From NCBI GenBank assembly GCA_947085285.1, contig CAMTVZ010000138.1, positions 330 through 64,329 on the forward strand: a stretch of 64,000 nucleotides of DNA, written 5' to 3'. Shown one piece after another: positions 55,083 through 63,979 of the stretch (its first letter is position 1; the number at the start of each line of letters is the position of its first letter). Origin of the DNA: an uncultured Ignavibacteriota bacterium (lineage in GTDB: Bacteria > Bacteroidota > Ignavibacteria > UBA10030 > BY39). The translations under genes were made by a program, and so were the position numbers. Below the pieces are notes generated by a model. That model was not told the origin of the DNA. It saw only the letters and a program-made list of their open reading frames with translations, and ran no database searches.

Positions 55083-56681
55083 TTAACATGCCGGTGAGCG
55101 ACCATAGTGATCAGGATTGGTTATATTTGGAACAACTAAATTACCATTAGCATCCCGCAACTCCCGGCGTACTTCAATTCTCTTTCTTCGTCCTGTAAAA
55201 AGTTTTCTGTATCTTCGACCAGTGAAACTTTGGCGATAAATTACACTCCCATCACGCTGTCGCATCCGTTGTATTTCTCCAGCAGACCATGACCAATTAT
55301 CAAAATCAGTTCCACTAGCGTCTTCTTCATTTCCCCAACCTTCTCTATTCCAAGCCTCTTCAAGCTCTGGGAAAATGTTTCCGTCTTCATCAGGTCTTTC
55401 TTCATAATCAATATACCTATGTATAGAAAAGGTTTGTAAATTGCCGAGGGACCAATTCCATTCATCATAACGAGTTCGAAAAGTGTCATCAGAGTTTTCC
55501 CATCCTTCATCGTCCCAAGCATTCTGCAAATCTTGTAGAAAATTATGATTACGCTCTGGTCTATCGGCGTATCCTATATACATAGGAAGTGATTCAGTGT
55601 CATAACGCTTGCGATATTTTCTATCCCTTAACATTGTTCGCCATTGTTCATCTGTGGCAATATCTGGATATTTTTCTTGGAAACGTGCAATACAAGTTGC
55701 TTCATTCGGTTCAATTGTGCCGGGGACGTAGAAATAAAAGAATTCTATAAAATACTCTTGAGCAGTTACGTTCCCATTCCTACTCTCATATGAATACCAT
55801 TGAATATATTTAGGTGCATAAATAGTAGAACGACCCCCAAAAAGATTTCTTATTTCATCGAGTAATTCTTGGCTATTGCCGAGAGAGCATCCACGAATGA
55901 CTATAGTAGATTCATTATCGAGTTGTGTATCATCTGGTGCTACTAACCTTTCATCCTCAGCATTATCTCTAAGCATTTGAGGAGTTACATGGCGTGTTCT
56001 GGAATCTGCACGGAAGAGCTTAATTAACCACTCTGATTCATTACCATGACTTACAATATTCACTTGTCCCCATGTGCCGTATCCTAAACGAGCTGATTCA
56101 GTGTGAAGATATGTAAATATCTCTTCGACGCTTGAACGAGCAAATACCCCATCAGCGTTTATCCTCCAGTAATGGGAGGCGGCAGTAAAATAACCGCGAC
56201 TTCCGGTAATAAACGAAATAATGGGTCTATCTTGAACAAAATTACGCACAAAAGCGAGTGTCGCAGTACGAAAGCTTTTTCGACGCCCATCAATGCGTCC
56301 GTTTACTTCAAGTTGTATCTCAAAGATTCCCTGCTCTCGCTCATTACGAGCACCTGGAATTGGGAGTTCATAGACTGTATCTTCTGGTTCACCATCAATA
56401 TGTATACGTAATATTGGTGCACCTTCTGCGGCTCTTGCGCGACGTGAAATAGCACCAGTAAATTGCCCATCAACAATTTGACCTGTGAATTCTACAATAA
56501 AATCATCGCTACCTCCACCAGATTCGGTTACAGCTTCACTCCCTCTTCCCCAACGATCAACTTCTTTAAGAGTCAAAACAACATCACTTGCACTATCAGG
56601 TGAATCGAAAATAATTGAAAGAGTTTCCGATAAATTGTTGAGAACCCCGGGATAAAGTATAGCGTGAAATTCACTCATCAC
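55083..56681 (-). CDS. Hypothetical 532 aa protein with two tandem W/D/E-rich repeats and a basic C-terminal tail. It is a candidate injected cargo.
   Basis: The repeats are NAWDDEGWENSDDTFRTRYDEWNWSLGNLQ and EAWNREGWGNEEDASGTDFDNWSWSAGEIQ. Its composition is R/D/E/W-rich, unlike the K/I/N-rich neighbours. Its start overlaps the next gene. Confidence 0.5.
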   Translation of the reverse strand: MMSEFHAILYPGVLNNLSETLSIIFDSPDSASDVVLTLKEVDRWGRGSEAVTESGGGSDDFIVEFTGQIVDGQFTGAISRRARAAEGAPILRIHIDGEPEDTVYELPIPGARNEREQGIFEIQLEVNGRIDGRRKSFRTATLAFVRNFVQDRPIISFITGSRGYFTAASHYWRINADGVFARSSVEEIFTYLHTESARLGYGTWGQVNIVSHGNESEWLIKLFRADSRTRHVTPQMLRDNAEDERLVAPDDTQLDNESTIVIRGCSLGNSQELLDEIRNLFGGRSTIYAPKYIQWYSYESRNGNVTAQEYFIEFFYFYVPGTIEPNEATCIARFQEKYPDIATDEQWRTMLRDRKYRKRYDTESLPMYIGYADRPERNHNFLQDLQNAWDDEGWENSDDTFRTRYDEWNWSLGNLQTFSIHRYIDYEERPDEDGNIFPELEEAWNREGWGNEEDASGTDFDNWSWSAGEIQRMRQRDGSVIYRQSFTGRRYRKLFTGRRKRIEVRRELRDANGNLVVPNITNPDHYGRSPAC

Positions 56682-57123
56682 TTACATTCTCCCATCCTTT
56701 CTGATCAATGTCTCGAATCACTATTTCTTTGCCGCTTTCTTCATCGGTGCTAAGCTGGGTTACGTCTTCATAAGATTCTTCTTGAAATAGCAAATAGTCA
56801 GGTATTCTTATAAGACAACGTATAATATGGGTAGGCGTTGATGGGATAACAGTTGAAAAGCTTCCCTCAATATCAAGTCGATAGTCTCCTGGGGGAACAT
56901 TCTGACACTCGATTAAACCATCTCCATCAGTTCTTCCCTCCACAACACAATTGTTAGGGAGATGAATGCGATAAGATTTATTTGCAATGGGAACAGCCCC
57001 CGAATTACTCTTCAATAAAAGCGAAATATGACTTAACTTTGTCCTTAATATCAATGTATTATATGCATCGATATCATTAGTGCTGAGAGAAATATTTACT
57101 TCTGTATTCATACTAATACACAT
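56671..57123 (-). CDS. Hypothetical protein with a carboxypeptidase-regulatory-like (transthyretin-fold) domain.
   Basis: YRIHLPNNCVVEGRTDGDGLIECQNVPPGDYRLDIEG matches the domain. Confidence 0.45.
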   Translation of the reverse strand: MCISMNTEVNISLSTNDIDAYNTLILRTKLSHISLLLKSNSGAVPIANKSYRIHLPNNCVVEGRTDGDGLIECQNVPPGDYRLDIEGSFSTVIPSTPTHIIRCLIRIPDYLLFQEESYEDVTQLSTDEESGKEIVIRDIDQKGWENVSDE

Positions 57124-57132
57124 TTAAAATAA

Positions 57133-57795
57133 CTAACATCCATAAACTTCTTTTAATTTTGAACATGTTTTTTCATCCAATTGACCATTCGGCGTTAATC
57201 CGTTTTTTCTCTGAAATATCTTTATTGCTGCCTCTGTACGTGGACCTTTGATACCATCAATTGAACCACAGCGATATCCTAAATTTGTGAGTCTCGCTTG
57301 CACTCCTGTAATTTCTTCAATTGGATCAAGAGAGCTTATTTTTAATATCCATGTGTAATTATCACCTAACACATTTTGTTTATTCACGGTTAATTTACCT
57401 TCGGTGATATTCGAAGGAGCTTCGTTTTCAAGTAAGCCTTTATCATTTGTCGTACCATCGAAAGTTTCACTGCCTAACTGTAATTTGTACGACACATTTG
57501 CAAGTGGATTCCCATCTTCATCTTTAAGAATTATTCTCAAATATGTGTGTTGATTTTTAAATTTAATTTTTACTTTCTTCCCTGTATCGATGTTTTCGAC
57601 TTTTGATTTTTTATCTGGAATAACTACTTTGTCACCTGGGAAAATTATATTTGGATTTGGCCTCTTATTTTTTAAATCTTTATTATCTGGATGCTCATAA
57701 ATAGTTTTCCAATTTTTAAACTCATATTTTTTTGCAATACTCGCTAAACACTCCCCTTGTTTTACTATGTGTACTTTGCTCATGTATAGCTCCAA
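57133..57795 (-). CDS. LysM plus peptidoglycan-binding (PG_binding_1-like) protein, as found in phage-tail and contractile injection loci (gpX/Afp7-type).
   Basis: The N-terminal LysM reads HIVKQGECLASIAKKYEFKNWKTIYEHPDN...IFPGDKVVIP. The C-terminus reads ITGVQARLTNLGYRCGSIDGIKGPRTEAAIKIFQRKNGLTPNGQLD. Confidence 0.8.
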   Translation of the reverse strand: MELYMSKVHIVKQGECLASIAKKYEFKNWKTIYEHPDNKDLKNKRPNPNIIFPGDKVVIPDKKSKVENIDTGKKVKIKFKNQHTYLRIILKDEDGNPLANVSYKLQLGSETFDGTTNDKGLLENEAPSNITEGKLTVNKQNVLGDNYTWILKISSLDPIEEITGVQARLTNLGYRCGSIDGIKGPRTEAAIKIFQRKNGLTPNGQLDEKTCSKLKEVYGC

Positions 57796-58440
57796 TTATT
57801 TTATTTCCCATTCTCCGGAATCAATTTCCGGAAAAGTAATTTTACAAGTTCCAGGCTCAACACCTTCGAGTTTTATTTTACCTTTTGCATCAACAACACC
57901 TCTTTTTATAGACCCATCGGGCAATTCAATCTCGTACTTTTCACCTATCATCGGTTTTCCATCTTCATCTGTTACATCAACTTCAATCCAATCAGTTTTC
58001 TTTTTTTCTTCTTTCTTAGAAGATTTCTGTTCAGATTTTTTAGGAGGTGGAGATGAGGTTTTTTTCTCGCTTGATTTTATTTCCGGTTGAGGGGGAACAG
58101 CAAACGGCGGCATAATAACAGGTGGTGCACCCGGCATCACTTCACCTATCAAAACAGTTGGACATCCCACTACAATCGTCCCACCGTGTGCACAACTATC
58201 GCCCATTCGCGCAGCAGGTTTTCCACCAATCATCACACCAGTCGAACCTTTTACAATTACATCTGGCGGACCAACACACGTTGCCATATCGCCCATAACA
58301 GCGGCAGGCAAACCACCGATGAGTACATTAGGAACCCCAGGTCCAGTTATAGGACCACCAACATGTGGAATTGGTGGAACGCCCGGTGTTACCATCGGGC
58401 ATACGTGCATATCACTTATACGTGCGGCTGGTTGTCCCAT
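57796..58440 (-). CDS. PAAR-repeat spike-tip protein with a Pro/Lys-rich linker and a C-terminal domain of about 60 aa.
   Basis: Three PAAR-type repeats are present (GQPAARISD, GLPAAVMGD, GKPAARMGD) with the conserved Cys/His pattern. The C-terminal extension makes it 214 aa. Confidence 0.85.
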   Translation of the reverse strand: MGQPAARISDMHVCPMVTPGVPPIPHVGGPITGPGVPNVLIGGLPAAVMGDMATCVGPPDVIVKGSTGVMIGGKPAARMGDSCAHGGTIVVGCPTVLIGEVMPGAPPVIMPPFAVPPQPEIKSSEKKTSSPPPKKSEQKSSKKEEKKKTDWIEVDVTDEDGKPMIGEKYEIELPDGSIKRGVVDAKGKIKLEGVEPGTCKITFPEIDSGEWEIK

Positions 58441-58454
58441 ATTTAGATTTTAGA

Positions 58455-59315
58455 TTAATTTTTTTCACCAAAAAGTGTATCAACATATTCATCATATTCA
58501 CTCTCAACAATACCCAATCGGTCTTTACCTAAAGAAGCGCGTCCCAAAACAAACCCACTGGTTTCTAATAAAATTTGAATTCGTGCGTGAAAATAAAACG
58601 GCTCGGCAAATTCTACAAGCCGGTACAATTTTTTACTTACACCTGCTTCTTCAGCCCAACCTGCTTCTTGAAGTTTTTCGAGTGTTCTTACATTTATCGG
58701 TCCGATTGTGATGTTGTAAAACTTCGGACGCGACTTGAATTTTTTTCCAAGTACAAAATCTTTCCCGATTGTTGAATGATTATCCTTCTTACCTAATTTA
58801 GATTGAAGTTCGTCCGGGATTGGTCGCTCCTGATATTCTAAATCCTTAACAACGACGGGGACAGGAAGCTGAGTTGAACACTCTAACATCGTGCGAACAA
58901 GTGTAGCAATTCCATCGGTATGTCCCCAGGTTTCGTGTGCATGAACATAATTTTTTAAAAATACTTCAGCTTGATCGTCAGTGAGAGATGAGATGAAATC
59001 TATGTACCATTCGGGACATAACGCTGAGGTATATTGGCGAAGATAATCGGGAATATTTTCGTGCAACGTCTCGAAAGTCTGCGATTGCTCGTCTCTATCA
59101 GCAAACAGACGAGGAAAAGATTGCAAAAGCGCATAACGTGAATGCTCCATGCTGTTCAAGCCCGCATCTTGTATGAGCCGTTCAATTATACGCAAAGCCT
59201 TTACGGCATTTGAAGTTCCGACGGATTCATCCTTATCGAGTAGTCCGATTGGCAGAAGGTCTTCAAGCGAAGCAATCTGAAGTGGAATTTCTATTTTTTC
59301 TATCTCATCCATCAT
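58455..59315 (-). CDS. Putative baseplate protein (TssG/gpI/Afp12-like).
   Basis: It is translationally coupled (ATGA) downstream of the TssF/gpJ-like gene. Position and size fit. I have no motif proof. Confidence 0.35.
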   Translation of the reverse strand: MMDEIEKIEIPLQIASLEDLLPIGLLDKDESVGTSNAVKALRIIERLIQDAGLNSMEHSRYALLQSFPRLFADRDEQSQTFETLHENIPDYLRQYTSALCPEWYIDFISSLTDDQAEVFLKNYVHAHETWGHTDGIATLVRTMLECSTQLPVPVVVKDLEYQERPIPDELQSKLGKKDNHSTIGKDFVLGKKFKSRPKFYNITIGPINVRTLEKLQEAGWAEEAGVSKKLYRLVEFAEPFYFHARIQILLETSGFVLGRASLGKDRLGIVESEYDEYVDTLFGEKN

Positions 59316-60823
59316 TCTTCCGCAGAAACAAGTTTTATTCTAATAAAATTACCATTAACTGTTCTGCTCTTTAAATATAACCCAAGCAGTCTTTCAAAGT
59401 AGCTTTTATCGGGTTCAGATAAGAGTGCACCGTCGTTAACTGGGACTGAAATTTCGGTGAACGGAGTTAAAAATCCTTTAACACGCCCGACTTTTTCTTC
59501 GAATGCAATATTGTTTGATTTAACTAAATCGTTTCGATGGCTAAATGGAGGATAACCAACGATAGCAGCGCGTAAATCATCTTTAGTTAGCCAGCGATGG
59601 CGGCTTGCAAGAAGCGACCGGAAATAATTCCAGATGTGTTCTTTATTATTCAGTGCCTCAATCCGATGGGTTGGAGTTAATGACTGTGCACTTTTTACTC
59701 TTTCATCTATTCCTTGATACAGTCCGAAGCTTCTTCCCGATGCAATGTTGATACAATCATCTCCTATATCGTACTGGCAATAGTGTACTTTCACTGTGCC
59801 CGAAGGCGGTGGCGAAAAAGCAAAAACAACTTCGTCCTTATGAATATCGACTGATGTAGTATATTGAAACGGATAACCCGGATCCAGAACTGTAGCAGCA
59901 TTCAAATATTCAATCGGCGGGTCTGAACCGAGGTCTGTAACTGAAGTAATAATTGTTTCCTTTGACTTATGGGCAGTAATCGGAATGTTATACCGAAATT
60001 GATCAACGGGCAGGGCAAGTGCTTCCATCTCTACCATATTCCAGGCTAGGAATGAATTGAGGACAAGCTTCTTTTCCAAATCTTGTGCGAACTCACCGAG
60101 TCCCGGAAAAGGAATCCATATCAAATCATCTTTTGATTTGCTTGATGAAGCCGCGATGAAGATATCGAAAGGAATTTTTATGAAGCGGGAATCATAAGGA
60201 GTAAGAAAGAAATCATCGACGATGTTGTAGTTGCCCGGATATTTAGTTCTAATAACTGACTTTTTATTATTCTCGAGAACTTTAAAACCTGCAGCTTGCG
60301 TAATGCGACAGCGAAGTCGTTCCACTAACAACGGATCAACATCGCCTGTGAATATACTTATTTCACCGTTTTCTATCTCTTGAAGATTAGAAGTGAAAAT
60401 GTTAAAGCCAAGCATCAAGTCGTCGCCATAGCTGTCAACCCGAACATCGTTCGTATTGGCAGGAACAATCCAGGTCGGATACTGAGGAGCGAATAAAACT
60501 TTTGTTCCTTCTTTATCTTGAACATTAAAATAATGAGGTTGCTCCAACCACACAGGCTGTGCGGTTTTAACTTCACGTAAAGTAGATTGCAGAACAACAT
60601 AAGCCGGACCCGGAAACATCTGTCCAAACAAATGACGGCGAAGCACTTCAAACAATCCGTCGGAAACCTGATCGCTACGCTGTGCATAGGTTGATAAAAG
60701 GAGTTGATCCTGTACTTCCCCCTGATACGCTTCAAGAGTTTGTAAGATTGTAGTGAGTATAGGATCTTTTATATCGCCTTTATACTGACTAATAAAACGA
60801 GATTTAAAATCAGTAAACGTCAT
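59312..60823 (-). CDS. Putative baseplate protein (TssF/baseplate-J/gp6-like).
   Basis: A 503 aa protein between the gp25-like gene and the TssG-like gene. This is the conserved order gp25-gp6-gp7 (TssE-F-G). Confidence 0.4.
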   Translation of the reverse strand: MTFTDFKSRFISQYKGDIKDPILTTILQTLEAYQGEVQDQLLLSTYAQRSDQVSDGLFEVLRRHLFGQMFPGPAYVVLQSTLREVKTAQPVWLEQPHYFNVQDKEGTKVLFAPQYPTWIVPANTNDVRVDSYGDDLMLGFNIFTSNLQEIENGEISIFTGDVDPLLVERLRCRITQAAGFKVLENNKKSVIRTKYPGNYNIVDDFFLTPYDSRFIKIPFDIFIAASSSKSKDDLIWIPFPGLGEFAQDLEKKLVLNSFLAWNMVEMEALALPVDQFRYNIPITAHKSKETIITSVTDLGSDPPIEYLNAATVLDPGYPFQYTTSVDIHKDEVVFAFSPPPSGTVKVHYCQYDIGDDCINIASGRSFGLYQGIDERVKSAQSLTPTHRIEALNNKEHIWNYFRSLLASRHRWLTKDDLRAAIVGYPPFSHRNDLVKSNNIAFEEKVGRVKGFLTPFTEISVPVNDGALLSEPDKSYFERLLGLYLKSRTVNGNFIRIKLVSAEE

Positions 60824-61286
60824 GTGTTTCCTCGATAATATTCCAAGGACCTATTGTTCCTGCTTTCAGTCCTTTTTCGCTTCTTGATATTTTAAATTTG
60901 TAAACATATTCTTTATTCTCGGTTCGGAATTTAATTCCATTTTCTTCCCGCTCATCGCCAATCAAGTTCACATCATAGATTTCTGCAATATCTCCAAACC
61001 AGTTATTAACTTCGTTTTTAATAATTTGTTCGAGCGACCTGCGTTTGTCTTCTTCCATAATATCGCAGAATCGGGCGCTCATTCCCATATTGTAGAATTG
61101 AACCCACATAGCACGGATACCGGGAGATGGTAATTTGAGATATTCGCCAGCACCTGATAAAACAAATAATCTAAGTCGCGAGCCGACAATATTCTCTTCA
61201 GTACTTGCCCGTTGGAAAGTACCAATCGGCGATAATGTTAATGGAATATGTAAAACTGCCATGTTAATTAATTTGTACCATTGCAC
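60810..61286 (-). CDS. gp25/TssE-like baseplate wedge protein.
   Basis: TEENIVGSRLRLFVLSGAGEYLKLPSPGIRAMW fits the GPW_gp25 signature (eeNI..lL.T..GER...P.fG). It is 158 aa and directly follows VgrG. Confidence 0.55.
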   Translation of the reverse strand: MQWYKLINMAVLHIPLTLSPIGTFQRASTEENIVGSRLRLFVLSGAGEYLKLPSPGIRAMWVQFYNMGMSARFCDIMEEDKRRSLEQIIKNEVNNWFGDIAEIYDVNLIGDEREENGIKFRTENKEYVYKFKISRSEKGLKAGTIGPWNIIEETHDVY

Positions 61287-63021
61287 CTTTGATTACGTTT
61301 GTAGCTGCTGCCGACGATTCGACTTGAGTACCTTCTACCTTTACAGACATTGAAGATTTAAGTTCTGCTGAAGATGAGCCAGCAAGTGTAAGTTTATTGC
61401 CTGCTGTTGCTTCAATATCTTGTGCATTGACTTCAGTTTTGGAAGTTGCAGAAATTTCGATTTTGTCAGCTTTCATTTCAATTTTATCATCGGCATTTAT
61501 TTTTATCGTTTTTGCATGAACTTCCACTGTGCCGTCGCTCGATTCGATGAAGATTTTTGGACCTTTGTGTTCCATCCGTATAAGGTTCTCGCCGTTCGGC
61601 ATGGTGATCAAGATTTGCTCAGAACCTTTTTTTTCAATAACTCGAATTTCCGAGCCGGAAGATGTTTTTGCTATCAGCACTTCTTCAGTACCATTATCTG
61701 TTTTACAATCGGGTTTGTTTTCGCTGTGGTAGAGTGAGCCGATGACTACAGGAAGCGATGTGTTGCCGTGTTCGCATCCCACCAAAACCTGATCGTATAT
61801 GCGTGGAGTAAAGTGCGAGCCGTGGTCCGAACCGGCAAAAGGTGTTAACACACGAGCCCAAGCATGTGCACTCCCCTCTGTATCCCATAGATAACGAATT
61901 TGTACTCTGCCAATATTTGCTGGGTCTTTATTATCAATTACTTCAGCGGGTTGTAAAAGCCCCATATACTCGCGTTCGTCGGTGGCTAATTTGCGCATCA
62001 CAGAATCTTTGACCGCACCTTTGAATGAGGCGTTATAAACATTACCTTTGAATTCGGCTTCTAATTCCACCACCACAAATTTATCTTTCAAGATTGGATG
62101 TTCAGGAGCTTCGATCACACGACCTATCGTAACCATCGGATGATTTGTAGTCCCTGTTACATTTATATGCAAGCCATTATAAAATGCTTGTTGATGCTTC
62201 ACAAATTTTTCAAACTCACTTTTTTCAGTAATTGGTTCTTTGTAAATTTCGGTTGGCTCTTTGTGTAATTCATTCGATTTTTTGAAAATTTTTGAACCGA
62301 ACGGATGATTTGGGGCAGCATAGCTACCAGAGTTCACTACTAAGTCGGACGATTCAGAGTGTTTCTGATAATCATACGGAACTCCGTGGAACCTTGTATC
62401 GCCTAAAAAACAATTCAACCGAACATTAGAAATATTTTCCAACCCTAACTTTACTTCCGTTGTTCCACTCAATTTGGGTTCATATCGGAATGTTTCGCCG
62501 TCGTGGTAAAAAACACAGCCGTCGTAACGTGCAAGCCGCTTTAAGAATTCATAATCAGTTTCGTCGTACTGATGTAAAAATCGAAACTTTACCCCGTCAG
62601 ATGGTCCAGTTAATGAATTTGCAAATGATTTATTTTTGACGATTGTATTCACCACATCGAAGGCAGACATATTGACAAAGGATTTATGTTTTTCGACGAA
62701 GTTAAGAGAATGATCTTCCGACATCGCTTGAATGATAAGATTACCTGTCTCGAGATGAAGGTTGTGTATGATGCCGATGTATTTTTTGGAGATGCTGTTA
62801 TCCAATTGATCTAATACGGTGAGTTCTAATTTTTCGCCGAGCCATAAGGATACTGCTTTATCAAAAACAGAATTACACTCGGCTTCATCGAATCCGAGGG
62901 CAAGTCGTATTTTACAATGCGAAAAAAGTGATTGCCACATGTTGGCGCTAACGAAACGCAAACCGTGTGGCTTTCCGTTTATTGTAGCATTTACAATTAT
63001 ATTAGTTACTTTAGAAGCCAT
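61264..63021 (-). CDS. vgrG: VgrG-like spike protein (phage gpD/gp27 fused to a gp5 OB-fold), followed by a C-terminal beta-helix-like repeat.
   Basis: QYDETDYEFLKRLARYDGCVFYHDGE is the VgrG/gpD hallmark. AEVIDNKDPANIGRVQIRYLWDTEGSAHAWARVLTPFAGSDHGSHFTPRIYDQVLVGCEHGNTSLPVVIGSLY is the gp5 OB-fold. Confidence 0.9.
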   Translation of the reverse strand: MASKVTNIIVNATINGKPHGLRFVSANMWQSLFSHCKIRLALGFDEAECNSVFDKAVSLWLGEKLELTVLDQLDNSISKKYIGIIHNLHLETGNLIIQAMSEDHSLNFVEKHKSFVNMSAFDVVNTIVKNKSFANSLTGPSDGVKFRFLHQYDETDYEFLKRLARYDGCVFYHDGETFRYEPKLSGTTEVKLGLENISNVRLNCFLGDTRFHGVPYDYQKHSESSDLVVNSGSYAAPNHPFGSKIFKKSNELHKEPTEIYKEPITEKSEFEKFVKHQQAFYNGLHINVTGTTNHPMVTIGRVIEAPEHPILKDKFVVVELEAEFKGNVYNASFKGAVKDSVMRKLATDEREYMGLLQPAEVIDNKDPANIGRVQIRYLWDTEGSAHAWARVLTPFAGSDHGSHFTPRIYDQVLVGCEHGNTSLPVVIGSLYHSENKPDCKTDNGTEEVLIAKTSSGSEIRVIEKKGSEQILITMPNGENLIRMEHKGPKIFIESSDGTVEVHAKTIKINADDKIEMKADKIEISATSKTEVNAQDIEATAGNKLTLAGSSSAELKSSMSVKVEGTQVESSAAATNVIKGAMVQIN

Positions 63022-63319
63022 AAGTCACCTGATTATCTAATTACAAAAAAGTAAGATATTAAGGGGTTGTGTAAAAATTATATATAATGAACTCAACCCC
63101 GCATAGAAAAATCCAATTCCAAGGCTGACCAAAAAGTAAGCAACTTGTCATTGTGTGGAGTCCCGCGAAACGCGGGACGACGAAGCCTGCCCGGGCAGGC
63201 GGGCAATCTCTCAATTCAATTGAAAAACGACACGTTCAGATTGCTTCTCACGACAAAAGTCGGGATCACAATGACTTTTAGTCAGCCCGAACAAATAATT
63301 CAGTCAACAGCCAACCTTT

Positions 63320-63979
63320 TTACTTACTGCCTTCTTTCCAATGCTCAGAATCGGTAGAAACCAGATACATGTTCAATTGGCGAATCGCATTCTTGTATTT
63401 CACATTTATACGAATATCGATAGCCTGATTGTTCACGGAGCCGTCAGGATTGGTAACTACATCAACTCCTTCAACCTTTCCATATTCTAACATCTTAGAA
63501 GGACCGCCGGTATTGTGCATAAGGAATTTCTGAATTGCCGACTGAATCTGGTCACGACTTGACTGCTCGTTTGGAACGAATGTGCGTCCGTTCAGATAAT
63601 GCAGAACAACTTTTGCAATGTACTCATCGCATCGTTTTACGGTGTACTGATCCATTCCTTCATCTCCCTGACCGCTCGCTAAGTATAAAGTATCAACGCC
63701 CCAGAACACAAGACCTTCATAGAAAGCTACGGGGATAAGAGCTTTGTTGAACTTCATCTGTTGACCGCCACGAATATTCCACTTCATTTCTAATGGGGAT
63801 CCATCGGGAGTTGGTATTTTTATTTCGTGCGGTTTATTTGCCTGAGCGATATGGATACCTTCCTTTATATCACCTTTGTATATTTTCCCAGCAAGAATTC
63901 CGGCGGGGTTAATGTACAGGTCGCCAAGTTCCTTTTCGAAGCGATTTGCACGACGAATTCTGAGTGGATTAGCAACCAC
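63320..63979 (-). CDS. Partial gene immediately upstream of vgrG. It is possibly a tube-initiator or sheath-family component. Its 5' end lies beyond the window.
   Basis: The frame stays open to the window edge. The C-terminus reads GVDVVTNPDGSVNNQAIDIRINVKYKNAIRQLNMYL. The call rests on position only. Confidence 0.3.
   Translation of the reverse strand: MVANPLRIRRANRFEKELGDLYINPAGILAGKIYKGDIKEGIHIAQANKPHEIKIPTPDGSPLEMKWNIRGGQQMKFNKALIPVAFYEGLVFWGVDTLYLASGQGDEGMDQYTVKRCDEYIAKVVLHYLNGRTFVPNEQSSRDQIQSAIQKFLMHNTGGPSKMLEYGKVEGVDVVTNPDGSVNNQAIDIRINVKYKNAIRQLNMYLVSTDSEHWKEGSK

Noticed and set aside
63145-63357. 70 aa plus-strand ORF in the vgrG upstream spacer.
   Set aside because: It is driven by the GC-rich hairpins (Arg/Gly/Pro codons) and overlaps the 3' end of the neighbouring gene. 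It is more likely a structured non-coding region.
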